A stretch of DNA of 63,481 nucleotides, filler included, from Reticulomyxa filosa (taxonomy: Eukaryota > Protista > Foraminifera), in the NCBI GenBank assembly GCA_000512085.1. It is 14 parts of 14 records of this genome, joined end to end, with 100 filler letters (N's around TTAATTAATTAA, not from the genome) between each part and the next. Parts side by side here need not be neighbours in the genome. Positions count along the whole stretch, not along the records: positions 9,156 to 21,325 come from ASPP01005981.1; positions 21,426 to 38,621 come from ASPP01022609.1; 12 more parts are not named here. The stretch is one strand, 5' to 3'. Positions 11,283 to 22,469 of the stretch are shown here, in pieces (position 1 is the first letter of the stretch; every line of letters begins with the position of its first letter). The position numbers and the translations under genes are program-made. The notes beneath the pieces were generated by a model. It worked only from the letters and a program-made list of their open reading frames with translations. It was not told the origin of the DNA and did not search any database.

Positions 11283-12988
11283 ATGGCACAAAATGAAGAT
11301 AAGTTCAAACTGAAAGCATGTCTGGCAGGTTTACTGAAAAGTGATACTCATCCACTGCTAGAATGGTTGGAGCACGTGACAGAAGAGTACTTGATAGAAT
11401 CTAAGAACATGATAGATGCCGAAGACATTAACAGTTTGTGTTCCACAATGTTGTTTACATACAAAGTTTGCACCAGTCATCAGGAGTGCGTGCAATTTTG
11501 TGAAGCCCTAGCGCAACAGCTGTTACGAGAATGAGCAACAAACCTTTTTTTTTTTTTTGTAAAAGAAGAGACAGATGAGTGACAAATGAATCGAAATGAC
11601 AATGATACTTGTATGATATAAATAGTGTGTTACACGGCATTGCAAAAGAGCATCCCGAGCCATTTCCAGTCAATAGTTCTTGCTTGGCCTTGTACCATGA
11701 AGATGGTATGGGGAAAAAAAAGAGAATAAAAATAAAAATGATAATGTTTGGTACATATATATAGAGATGAATACACGCACACATACACAAAGAGAGAGAG
11801 AAGGGAAAAAAAAATTATATAACAAAACGCCAAATGCGAGCAATCAAGATCGAAATTATAATTATAAACCTAAAAAAAAAAAAAAAAAATGTAAGGTTTA
11901 TGGTACCCAGCAAAGGTGTCACATGTAATAACTCCTCGAAAGAAATACACAGTGATATTCGACGGTTATAATAATGTGCAAGAAAATACGAATATAGACG
12001 AGATGATGGCGAGTAAGAACGACGAAGAACACGAAAGCAAACGCAGCGAAATCTCGCTGAAAGATCAATGGTCGAACAACAACAACGTCGAACTTCAGAA
12101 CAAAATGAGCGAGCTGCTAATAACCACTGGTCGACATGAATCCCAATTGCTAATGGAAGATCAAACGTCACGACAAAAAAAATATAAAAATGAACCTTTT
12201 GTTGAACATGCCATTGACGAAGCTACTCTACAGCACATTGAAGAACAAACTTAAAGGGTTTTTTTTTTTTTTAATAAATTCCTGAGCTCTTAAAACATAC
12301 GTATACGTTGTTGGGTGATGCAAATAGGGACCGATGACGCGGATTTTGAGAATTATTATAACACTCCTCAATTTGGTAATGAAGATGGCAATAACGAAAA
12401 CAACGACGACGGGGACGGGAACGGGAACGACGATGAAGAAACAAATTACGATGAGTTTGTTGGATTGCGATATAATTTCGGCTATTCCATCCCTATCAGT
12501 CCCAAATGCGATGAGTGTTGCATATGCCAACGCACACTTGCACTCACCTGGCATCATTTGATCCCTCGAACTACTCATTCCAAAATGATACGACTCCATG
12601 GATATGACCAAGATCATCTGAATAAGCGAGGTATCCATTTGTATCATGCCTCTTCGTCCTTCTCAACTTTTTTTGTGATTATTGTTAACAACAATAACAA
12701 TAATAATAATAATAAGGTATCTGGATTTGCCGAGCATGCCATTCTGCAGTGCATGGCATGTACGATAATTTTGAATTAGCGGAATCGTACAACAAATTAG
12801 ACGATTTACTGAAAACAGACAAAGTGCAAAAATGGATCAAATATATACAAAAAAAAAAACTTACTGCCCATAGCAACGACTCTAGAACTATTAAAAGCAA
12901 TCGCGTTGTCCAGTTAGAAAAGTTAGAAAAGAAAAAAGACAAAGCTGGAAATAGATCTCAGGAACTTACAAAGCCTAAATTTGTGTAA
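11283..12988 (+). CDS. Tudor domain + HNH (YisB-like) nuclease protein, spliced
   Basis: Tudor: CLALYHEDG|LWYPAKV...YTVIFDGYNN. HNH: CCICQR.LTWHHLIPR...ICRACHSAVH...ELAESYN. Confidence 0.8.
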
Positions 12989-13308
12989 GAGGTGTCAGTA
13001 TAGAAGTTTTTTTTTTATGAAAATCCAATCTTTCGATGAGTATACTATAAGTTTAACAATCCAAATAACAAATCATTTTCTTATTCAGCTAAACGCATTC
13101 TTTTTTGTTCCTTCAATATAAAGAATAATTGAAACTATGTGCAAAATTCCGTCATTTGATAATGAAATGAAAAGCTTTAGCAAATATGCGTGAATAAACA
13201 AGGTTATATCGATTGAATGACTAAATAATTTGACAAACTGTTTCGAGCAAAGAAGACGTTGAACAAAAAAAAGGGAATTGGTAAAAGAAAATTGAAATAT
13301 AACCGGAA

Positions 13309-14276
13309 ATGGCGAAAAATCTGTACCTTTTTGGTTTTAATTTGGTGTCATGTGCTGGTTGGGGTTATGTATTGTGGGAATGTGTAACCCACGTACCTAG
13401 TGTAGAAAAACAGGATTTCACTCCAGCAATCCGTGCCCTCGGCCCAATATTACCTGTTGTGCAATCGCTGGCAGTCATGGAAGTTGTGCATGCCATAACA
13501 GGTTTGGTGAAATCAGACGTATTTTCAACATTCATTCAAGTGTTAAGTCGATTGGGTATTGTGTGGCTGGTTTTGCACTGTTGAGTACAAAAAAACAAGA
13601 CACAAACACATTCATTGTAAAGAGAGAATTGTGTGCAATTGTTGTTCAGTGGGGTCGTTGAACAATGCACTCGGTTTTACGTCATCAGTGCCAAGACCAG
13701 GTAAATGCATTATCAAAAAAAAAAAAGGGAGGGGAGGAAAATTTATTTTTAAACAAAAAAAAAAAAAAAAAAAGAGACATATGGTTGGTCTTATTTTGGT
13801 TGTGCGCTTTCGTGGTCATTGGTTGAGGTTCCAAGATATTTGTTTTATGCATTGAATATTTACAAAATTTGTCCTTATCCTTTGTTATGGCTGAGATATT
13901 CGTTATTCATCATTTTGTACCCGACAGGAATCACTAGTGAAGTATTATCAGTACTTAAACTGAGATCTTTGCTTTCATCCAGTTTTGGGTCTTATTTGAT
14001 GCCAAACCGATTGAACTTCGAAATTACGTACCACCAAGCTTTAGTATTTGCGTTGTTGCTTTATGTTCCATGTATGAGCTTTCTTTTTATATATGTATAT
14101 ATATAGTATACATTGTGTATCTTTTCTTGCTTCTTTTGTCAAAAAAAATAAATACAATAAAATAAAATACAAATTTGCTGGTTTGACTGACAGTTTCGCC
14201 TTTTCTTTACAAACACATGCTTGCTCAACGATCAAAGCAACTCAATCCTGCTGATACAAAAAAGAAACGCGAGTAA
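13309..14276 (+). CDS. HACD: 3-hydroxyacyl-CoA dehydratase (PTPLA/PHS1 family), 4 exons
   Basis: QVLSR, WSLVEVPRY, WLRYSLFIILYPTG..E, LYKHMLAQRSKQL and a C-terminal KKRE ER-retrieval motif. Three in-phase GT-AG introns. Confidence 0.95.
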
Positions 14277-14867
14277 TTAAAAAGATTTATTTGTCTTGTT
14301 GAAGAGATAAGATGCTGAGGTTTGATTTATTCTTTAACGCTAACAACAGAAAAAAGTATTCTCTTTTTTTTCCGCGAGCCTTCTGTTGGGCTGCTATGTA
14401 GCCAATATTCTTTCGCATTAACTTGCCTTGTATCTTTTTTTGTTGTCGCAAGAAATTTCCAAATTTTAATGAAAAAAGAGAAACACATTTGCGCAATTTG
14501 TTAAAAATAAATGGTTTAGATCTATTATTAACTTTTTTGTTATGGCTACATTTTGTTTCATCGAAAGTATTAACTTTTACTCAATAGATGTACAAAACGA
14601 AGATATGTCGTACCCTAATCTCATTTTAAACATATGACTATGTAATCAAAAAAGAACGCTGTTTCCAAATATAATGCAATGAACAAAGTGAAAATAATCC
14701 GTCTATTTTAAGATGGAATCCCGTCACTTGAATGTAGTATTTTGATAATAAACAACTTGTAATATATTCTCAGCTATAGCAACTCGAGTGGATTGATTTT
14801 TATTGGTGGTCACTGCGGAAGAAAGCTTTAAAAGGTCGTTGGGTGTAAATTTTTAGGTTACAAGAGA

Positions 14868-17251
14868 ATGATATTAACATTTGTTGCCCTGTGTGCCCTT
14901 ATTTGTTCTACGGCCTATGGTGGTAAATCTCGCATTATAACCTGGACTCATAGATCCCTAGGTTCAGTCATCAACTGCACCGACGACGGCTTTGACGACG
15001 ACACGGCATGCGAAATTCGTTGTAACGCGGATCTTTCGTGTTACGACAGTACAGTGTATTGCCCAGCAAATGCAGACTGTCTGATATCGTGCAAAGGAGC
15101 AGAATCATGTTACCACAGTACAGTATATGGAAGAGGAATAAAAGACAGCAGCCAAAACGTAAACTTCAAGCTGAAGTGCGAGGGTGATAAGGCATGCAAC
15201 CGTATCCAATTATACGTATCGAACAAGCACAGTGCAAAAATAATAGCCAAGCATGACAACTCTTTGCAAGGTCATTGGTTTGAATTGACGAACATTGAAA
15301 ACGTTGAGATCGATTGTGGCCATGCGTCCGCATGTCAAAACGAAATGATATTCTTCAGCTATGAGAAATTTACCAACGTGTTGGATGTCTCGATGAACTG
15401 TACCGGCGACTCTTCGTGTTACCACATGTACCTTTCTTACGAAAATTCCACTGATGCATCATTGGCTATGCGTTGTGATGGAGACACTGCTTGCAAGGCA
15501 GTTTTACATTGGCGGGGTACGTTATCAAACTAATTTTTTTTTTTTTTTAAGTAACAAGGTTCTCCTTTCCCCCCCCTTTTTTTTTTTTGATAAAGTGTGT
15601 GTTTCTCTCTCCCCCTTTGGCTTCCTCAGCAAAAAAGATTTTTTTTCTTTTTTTAAAATATACACATCATATCTCTTCCGCCATGGACTCCAAAAAAAAA
15701 AAAACACACACACACAAAGTGAATAATGATCAGCAAACGGGCGCGACCATCGACTGTTCGTCCAACACTAGTGACACGACGACTTGCTCGATGCAAATGT
15801 ATGTGGAAGAGGGCTACCAAAGTGATCGAGTGCAATTGAAATGCAATGAATGGAATGACCAGTCTTGTGCACGCACTTTTTATCACTGCGGCACCTCTTA
15901 CCAACAGTCGTGCACAATGATGTATCAAAATGACACGTGGGAGTGCGTAGGAAATTGTCCTGTTGCGACCACGTCCACTACTACTACTACTACTACTGCC
16001 ATTGCAACAACAACAACATCCACAACAGTGGAGGAAAGCACTACCACCAGCACGACCGACTCGACAACAACTACGACGGAGGATTCGGTGGACACGTCCT
16101 CGACTACCGATTCAACGACGGCGACGACGACCGTCACTACCACTGGTGATTCCACTGACGCGACAGCCACCAGTACTACGACCTCGTCTGCAACTACCAC
16201 TGCTATCAGTGATTCAGAAACCACTACTTTCACAGATTCGACAACTAGCAGTGCCAGTGACTCCACGGATGCAGCGACGACTACCGTCACCACTACGATG
16301 ACAGTACTCCCACGACTGCTGATTCGACGTCCACAGATACCATCGATTCGACGGCCACAGATAGTACTGATTCAACGACTATAGATAGTACTGATTCAAC
16401 GGCTACAGATAGTACCGATTCGACGGTCACAGATAGTACTGATTCAACGGCTACAGACAGTACTGATTCAACAACCTCCACTTTCACTTCCACCGATTCG
16501 AGCGCTGCTGACGCGACGGAATCCACTACTACGATTGGTGATGTGACAAGCACTGCGACAGCTTCTACAACCACTGACATTAGTACAGACGTAAGTACGA
16601 CAACTACTTCGGGCTCAGAAGGTACGTATAATGCAACAGTCGTCGATGCAACTTCAACAGCATCGAGCGATTCCACAACCATCTCGACCACTCGCAGTGC
16701 TTCCGACACTTCTGAAACGACCACAAGTCAAACCTCCACGCAAACATTTACTACTAAAATTTCAACCGACTCCACCATTGTGACTCCGTCTTCACGCGAT
16801 GGAGATGGCGGTGGTGCGGGTCAGAACGTTAAGACTAGTACGACCACTACGACAACTACTGCTATTGGTATGCTCTACTGCCAAAAAAAAAAAACAAACC
16901 AATTGCAAAGAATATTGCTCTTTGTTTGCGTCTATTTTTTTTTCATACTTTTATGCCAAGACTTGTTGAAATGAAAGGATGGTGTGTGTTTATGGATACT
17001 CGATTATAGACGATGATGTTCGGTCAAATAATAAAGCTTCCAAAAGCACTTCTCATTCCAGTATATCTATACTGATGCTAGTGGCACTTGTTGTTGCGTC
17101 AATATGCTTGGTTTCATCGCTTGTTATATTATTTGTCATGTGTCGAAATAAACGACGCAATCAAGCTGCAAGCATCGCAGATGGTTCCGATGATCCTCTA
17201 TTAGATTATGATTCGGATAAATATGGCGCTTTCGAAGATGATGAAATATAA
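14868..17251 (+). CDS. Type I membrane glycoprotein: signal peptide, Cys-rich repeats, Ser/Thr mucin stalk, TM helix, acidic tail
   Basis: Hydrophobic N-terminus, repeated C-x5-C motifs (CxGDxAC-like), Thr/Ser/Asp stalk, TM ILMLVALVVASICLVSSLVILFVM, tail with DDPLL and YGAF. Two introns and a 1-nt frameshift at about 16297. Confidence 0.85.
16321..16472 (+). repeat. 24-bp coding tandem repeat (DSTATDST, about 6 copies)
   Basis: Units resemble GATTCAACGGCTACAGATAGTACT. Confidence 0.9.
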
Positions 17252-17663
17252 GGCAAATTCAAAAACGCCTTAAATCTGTACTTTACGTAGCATTGATGGT
17301 GTTGTTTGTTAAATTGAGAATTCTTTTTCTGCTTTTTTTTCTTAGTAAAACATCAGTTTCGAAAAAACTACATAAATAATTCTTAAATTTTACACATTCC
17401 TAAACCGTAAGATTCGATTGTCGCATGCCAAACGTAAATACATTTTTTTTACGTTTTGTTGTATTGAAAATCAAAAAGTCCCGAATGTCGTAATTAAGTA
17501 GCGTTCAAATTTTTTTAACTTTAAGATGTCAATTTTGTTACAATGCTGTATTGTGGCATTCGAAAATACCTCGAAAAATTTAATAAATGGCCATACAAAA
17601 AAAAAAGCATTATATCATGAAATCATAAAAGCAAGAACAAGCTGTGTGATTTTTATTTTGTTT

Positions 17664-19014
17664 TCAATTTTTTTGCTCATCCAAATTGGTAGTGCTTTTG
17701 TCACATTTTTGAAAAAAAGCAGCAATTTTAGCCCAATATTCGTCCCCTCCAATGGTCCAAGTTTCGTTATGAGTGCCTTCTGGAATGCTATACCAAGACT
17801 TGAACAAAGCAGCTTTCGCACCACGATTTAATTCGATCATGTGAGAACTAGGAACAAGTTCATCCTAACAAAAGGTGCAAGAAAGCCACAGACACATCCG
17901 GTGATTAGTCGCACGTGCGCACGCGTGTGTGCTCAAAGAGGTAGGAAAGGAAAAGAAAGAGAGAGAGAGAGAGAGGAGGGAAAGAAAAAAACAAACAAAC
18001 AAGATTCTACTAAACATTTTCACTGGATAAAAACAGCAAAGGGCAAGTGACATCAGCAATTGACTCGATCGATTTCCACTCGGATCGCAACATATATTTT
18101 TTGACAAAGCCGATATCTAAAATAGGAAAAACATGTTTGATCATGTCGCCAATGCTGGTAAAGGTATTTTCCAAAATGACACCGGCTAATTTGTCACAGT
18201 GTTGTTTGGCGATATAAATAGCCACAGCGCCGCCTAATGATCGTCCAAACAAGTAGATTCGATTTCTGTCCAAGTTTAATGCTTCGGAGTTGTACACATA
18301 ATCGAACGCCGTCTTTGAGAGACCAACAAAGTGTTAATATTAAGATGTTTCATTTCCTTATTTATTTATTTATTTTATTTTATTTATTTTTTAAAATAAA
18401 AATAGATTGAGTAATGTTGCTAACTCTTACTCAACCATGGCATCAATTTTCAAGCCGGGTTCACTCGGTTCTCCATCACTTTCGCCATATCTATCATCAT
18501 TACAAAATACACTCATTATCATTATACATCACTACCGACTTTCCTCCCTCTTCACTGTTTTCAAAGAGATACAAACAATCACCCTCGATATGACAATATA
18601 AATATGTTTACGCCCAATTTATGAAACATTTTGGAAATATTTGGAAGGCGAAATCCCATATCTACATTGTAGTTTATTGCTTGTGCAAAGGTTCAATAAC
18701 AACAACAACAATAAAAAAACTTGTTCGGAACTGCCAGCATTTTCTTGGAAAAATAACACGGTTGCACATTTGTCACTGTTTTTTTGAGGGATCCACCAAC
18801 AGTGTAACTTCAAGTTATCTGAGGTTGTCAGATGGATGTTTGTGTACTTCAGCTTCATTTGACCTGGGTTTTGAAAAGGCGATTGGTTGTCGCAAGTCCT
18901 TTTCGGGGGAACTGCTTCATTCAAGTAGAGCAGTTTATCTTGATTACTGTAAAGCAAATATATAAACCCGCCAACCACTACGCCCGAAATACAGCCAAAT
19001 CGTTTCCAACTCAT
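17664..19014 (-). CDS. ABHD13: Alpha/beta hydrolase, ABHD13/BEM46 family, 5 exons
   Basis: FQENAGNMGFR, SYRGYGESDGEPSEPG, GRSLGG nucleophile elbow, ENTFTSI, DELVP and GTHNETW. Confidence 0.93.
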
Positions 19015-19158
19015 TTTTCAATTTTTTTTGCTTTTTTTTTTGACTATTATCTCTGACTTATAAAAAAAAAAACTCAATGAAGCGTTTTATGCCCCCTTTT
19101 TTAAGGAGCTTTGCTTACACGGTTTCCCCTCCTTTTTTCGAAGTGATACAAAGAAGAA

Positions 19159-20420
19159 ATGCCTTTGACTGTTTGGCAATTAGTCGGTATTTGCTGGGTT
19201 TGCATAAACTACTTGTGCTTCCTTCCGTTTTTTATATATGAAGTACGTAGTTACTGGCAACAGCGAGGAAAGTCATTCATTCGAGGAAGAGAACCCAATC
19301 TTTCCTTAGCGACGTTTGTGACGCTTCTTCTAATGAACGGAGGTTTTAAAATACTTTTTTTTCAGCTTTACGTTAGAGTGGATATGAAAATTTTTTTTTT
19401 TTTTGGGAAAAGATATGCATTTATGTACAAATATGTAATGTACCTAATTCTTTATAATTTATTTTTTTTTTTGGAATAATACACGTACATACTTGCAGTG
19501 ACATTGTGTGGGAAGATACTTTGTAAAATATTTGTGGGCTCCATTGGAGCGTGGGAAATGGTGGAATTATCCAACTTGACATTACTCGAAGTGTTGATAC
19601 TGTTGCGCTGTTGGCACATGTTCGTGCGACACAAATACATGACATACCGCGTGCAGCAAATGTGGGTGTCATCGTTATCAGACGCATCCAATGATCCATA
19701 CATCGTGCATTACTATCCAATAATTGGCAATACCAAAATCACTTGGAAGATCGTGGCATGTATAACTGTTGTCATCTATGGAATTTGTTTGTTAGTTGTT
19801 TTTTTTTTTGGTTGATTGTTTATTTTACATATGTATACGTAATCAATTTTTGTTTTTGTATTTTACACACTTTTATCCTCTTCCTCCTCCCTTACTTTCC
19901 ATTTGCCCAATATCTTAACCAATGTTAAAAAAAAAAAATAAATAAATAAAAGTTTATTATGGGAACAAGGTAAAGACCTGTATGCAAAAGGATTGCTATC
20001 GTTGCTCGCCGTGATTGTGGCAGTATGTTTGTTGTTGATGACGTATAAAATGTCAACAGTACACGATTTGATATACGTACGAGAAGAGACATTTTTGAAT
20101 GCGATGTGTTTGTTGTCCTTGTTTGTAATTTACACGGTGTGGATGTCAATCTCGCTGGGCAGTGAAAGTGACCTGAGCAGTACCATGTATGTGATCGTCG
20201 GGGCGATTATACGTTCTGTATTTTATTATGCGTTTTTGGTGATTGGAACGACATGGGTGTTGCATCAAGAAAAGATGATGATGACGACCGACAATGTATC
20301 CAAGCCCCGTCGTCACTCGAGTCAGTCCAACAATTCCAGTCGCATTGACAAACACGAACCGAAGAAATCGAGACGTTGGACTTGGGTATGGTCGAGCTCT
20401 GCCGTGGCAGACCAGCAATC

Positions 20421-20457
<37 letters not shown>

Positions 20458-21284
20458 AGAAGTTATTCAAATCAATTTGACTCGCAATCGCAATACCAGC
20501 ACAAAGACAACGCACACGAACCGCAGTTGTCGAGCGTGATATTTTACAACCTGCCAATGGAACACGCCAATCCGCATCAATCGGTGGTGATACTTTCGGC
20601 TACGTCGTTGCCTCCTCCTCCTGTTGCGGCCAACGACAGCGCTACCACCTTGCAGCCAGACCAGCACGACTATGCCGGTGGACACATTCCAATTGCGAGC
20701 GACAGTGACGTGGGCGAAGCCAACAACCCCACCACGACCAATGCGACGATAGTGCAAAGCAGCGACAACAATGAAAACAAAGAACCTCTTCCGACAATGA
20801 CAGCAGGGACAACAACAGCAACAATGACAACAACAGCAACAATGACAACAACAGCAACAATGACAACAACAACAACAACAACAACAACAATGACAACAAC
20901 GACGGCGATAATGGAAAACACGAAAGAAACTCATTCTGATATCGCTGCCACGACCAACTCACCGTCACCGCCATCCAAAAAACGTCGATCCGCGGTATCC
21001 GTCGCCGAGCTGCTTCGCAAGACCAACAAAGTCCATTTGACAAACAAGCTCGCACGCAGAAGCGAATTCCAACTGAATATCAATCAGACTCGACTTTACA
21101 GCGATTTCGCCCTGCCCGGCGCCTCCGACTTCCCCAGCGGCGTGAACAAAAAGGAAAAGTTCCACCTCGACTTTTGGCAGTATCAGGCGGCCTGGAGTGC
21201 CCAGTACTCGCTGTTCCAGGTCATGAGTGACAAGAGCGGCTTCCAAGCGTTCATGCAACACTTGCTTCAGTTTTATAGCAATAC

Positions 21285-21325
<41 letters not shown>
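19159..21325 (+). CDS. Multi-TM (7TM-like) protein with the start of an RGS domain, 3'-truncated
   Basis: Several TM helices including the FIRGREPNLS motif, polyQ/polyT low-complexity stretches, then SLFQVMSDKSGFQAFMQHL (RGS helices 1-3). Confidence 0.75.
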
Positions 21326-21425
21326 NNNNNNNNNNNNNNNNNNNNNNNNNNNNNNNNNNNNNNNNNNNNTTAATTAATTAANNNNNNNNNNNNNNNNNNN
21401 NNNNNNNNNNNNNNNNNNNNNNNNN

Positions 21426-21981
21426 TATATATATATATGTATATATATAAAGATCCACTTTTTGAACTTTCATTTCCTCCCCCCCCCTTATTATCTCTTA
21501 TAACGAAATAATAAACTTTGGCGAACACGCCATTGGTAGAGTTCATTTTTGTAATCGTGTCGTCGATTCGCTTTGCCAAGTCCGGAATCTCTTCTTTTAT
21601 ATTCAATTGCAATGGCTGGACTGACTTCTTACTTTGCTCTTGCTTGCTTTCTTTCTCGTCTTGCATCGACGCCAAAAAACTTGCTTTTGCATGTTCGGAT
21701 ACTCTCTTGCACAACTCCAAGATTTTTTCCCCTTCTTTCAATGTTATGTTCACAAACACGGTCTCAAATGTCACATCTTTCAAAATATCGATCCATGACT
21801 CAATGTCAAATGTTTGCAGGTACTTGTCGTATTTCACTATCTCCTCCGCTGTCGGGTATCCACTCAGTACTGGGTCTGACTTATCTTTCATTTGTGCTTT
21901 TGTGTCTTTCAATTTCACTTCTTTCAGGTCGAGGGCAAAAGCTTTGGGCTTTTGGACTTTCTCATCGCTTGCTTCGCTCAT
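21426..21981 (-). CDS. Cdc123/R2K-like ATP-grasp protein, first exon, truncated
   Basis: FDIESWIDILKDVTFETVF...LAKRIDDTI...GVFAK ends at a GT donor just before the expected K-x-S-x-R-S-P-K-D motif. Confidence 0.65.
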
Positions 21982-22469
21982 TCTTCTCACTTGTTTTTGT
22001 TGGTTTATTGTTTGTTTGTTTGTTTCTAGGAACCAGAAATTGTGTAGCTTATATATTTTGGCCCTGAGAAAAGTTAAGGAAGTGTAGGAAATTGCATACA
22101 ATAGTGATCAAATAGATGCCAATGTTGATATCGTTTTCGTCAAACAAAAAAAAACAACATAAACACTTGTTTTAAAGGTCTTATATTGTACTATTTTACA
22201 TTCTTTAATAAAAGAGTGGTAGAAAAAGTTGTCCATTCTCCAGTTTTAGAGTCTTGTCCTTCAAGATTCAACAGTATTTTAATTATGGAACGAAAAAGAT
22301 TATATCAGCCAAGCAGTTACTTAGAAAAACGCTGTGCTCATATATTTTGCTTTCATGTTTATAGTGGAGCATTTAACTGTTTTTTTTAGACTATTCTGTT
22401 GATTTTTATAGCGTGGCTTTGCTTTTCTTTTTTTTTTAATAGGGGTTTTCACTTCTTCATCACTCAACT

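Noticed and set aside
12245-12262. Possible non-GT donor (A|CTTAAAG) in the Tudor-HNH gene
   Set aside because: Homopolymer miscalls next to the GGGTTTT donor explain it more simply, and it is a single case.
16321-16472. Regular repeats considered as a CRISPR array
   Set aside because: There are no unique spacers; this is an in-frame coding repeat.
20207-21055. Poly-Cys, poly-Val and poly-Leu ORFs (also at 15925-16724, 24636-25182 and 38058-38621)
   Set aside because: They are alternative-frame or antisense readings of coding microsatellites.
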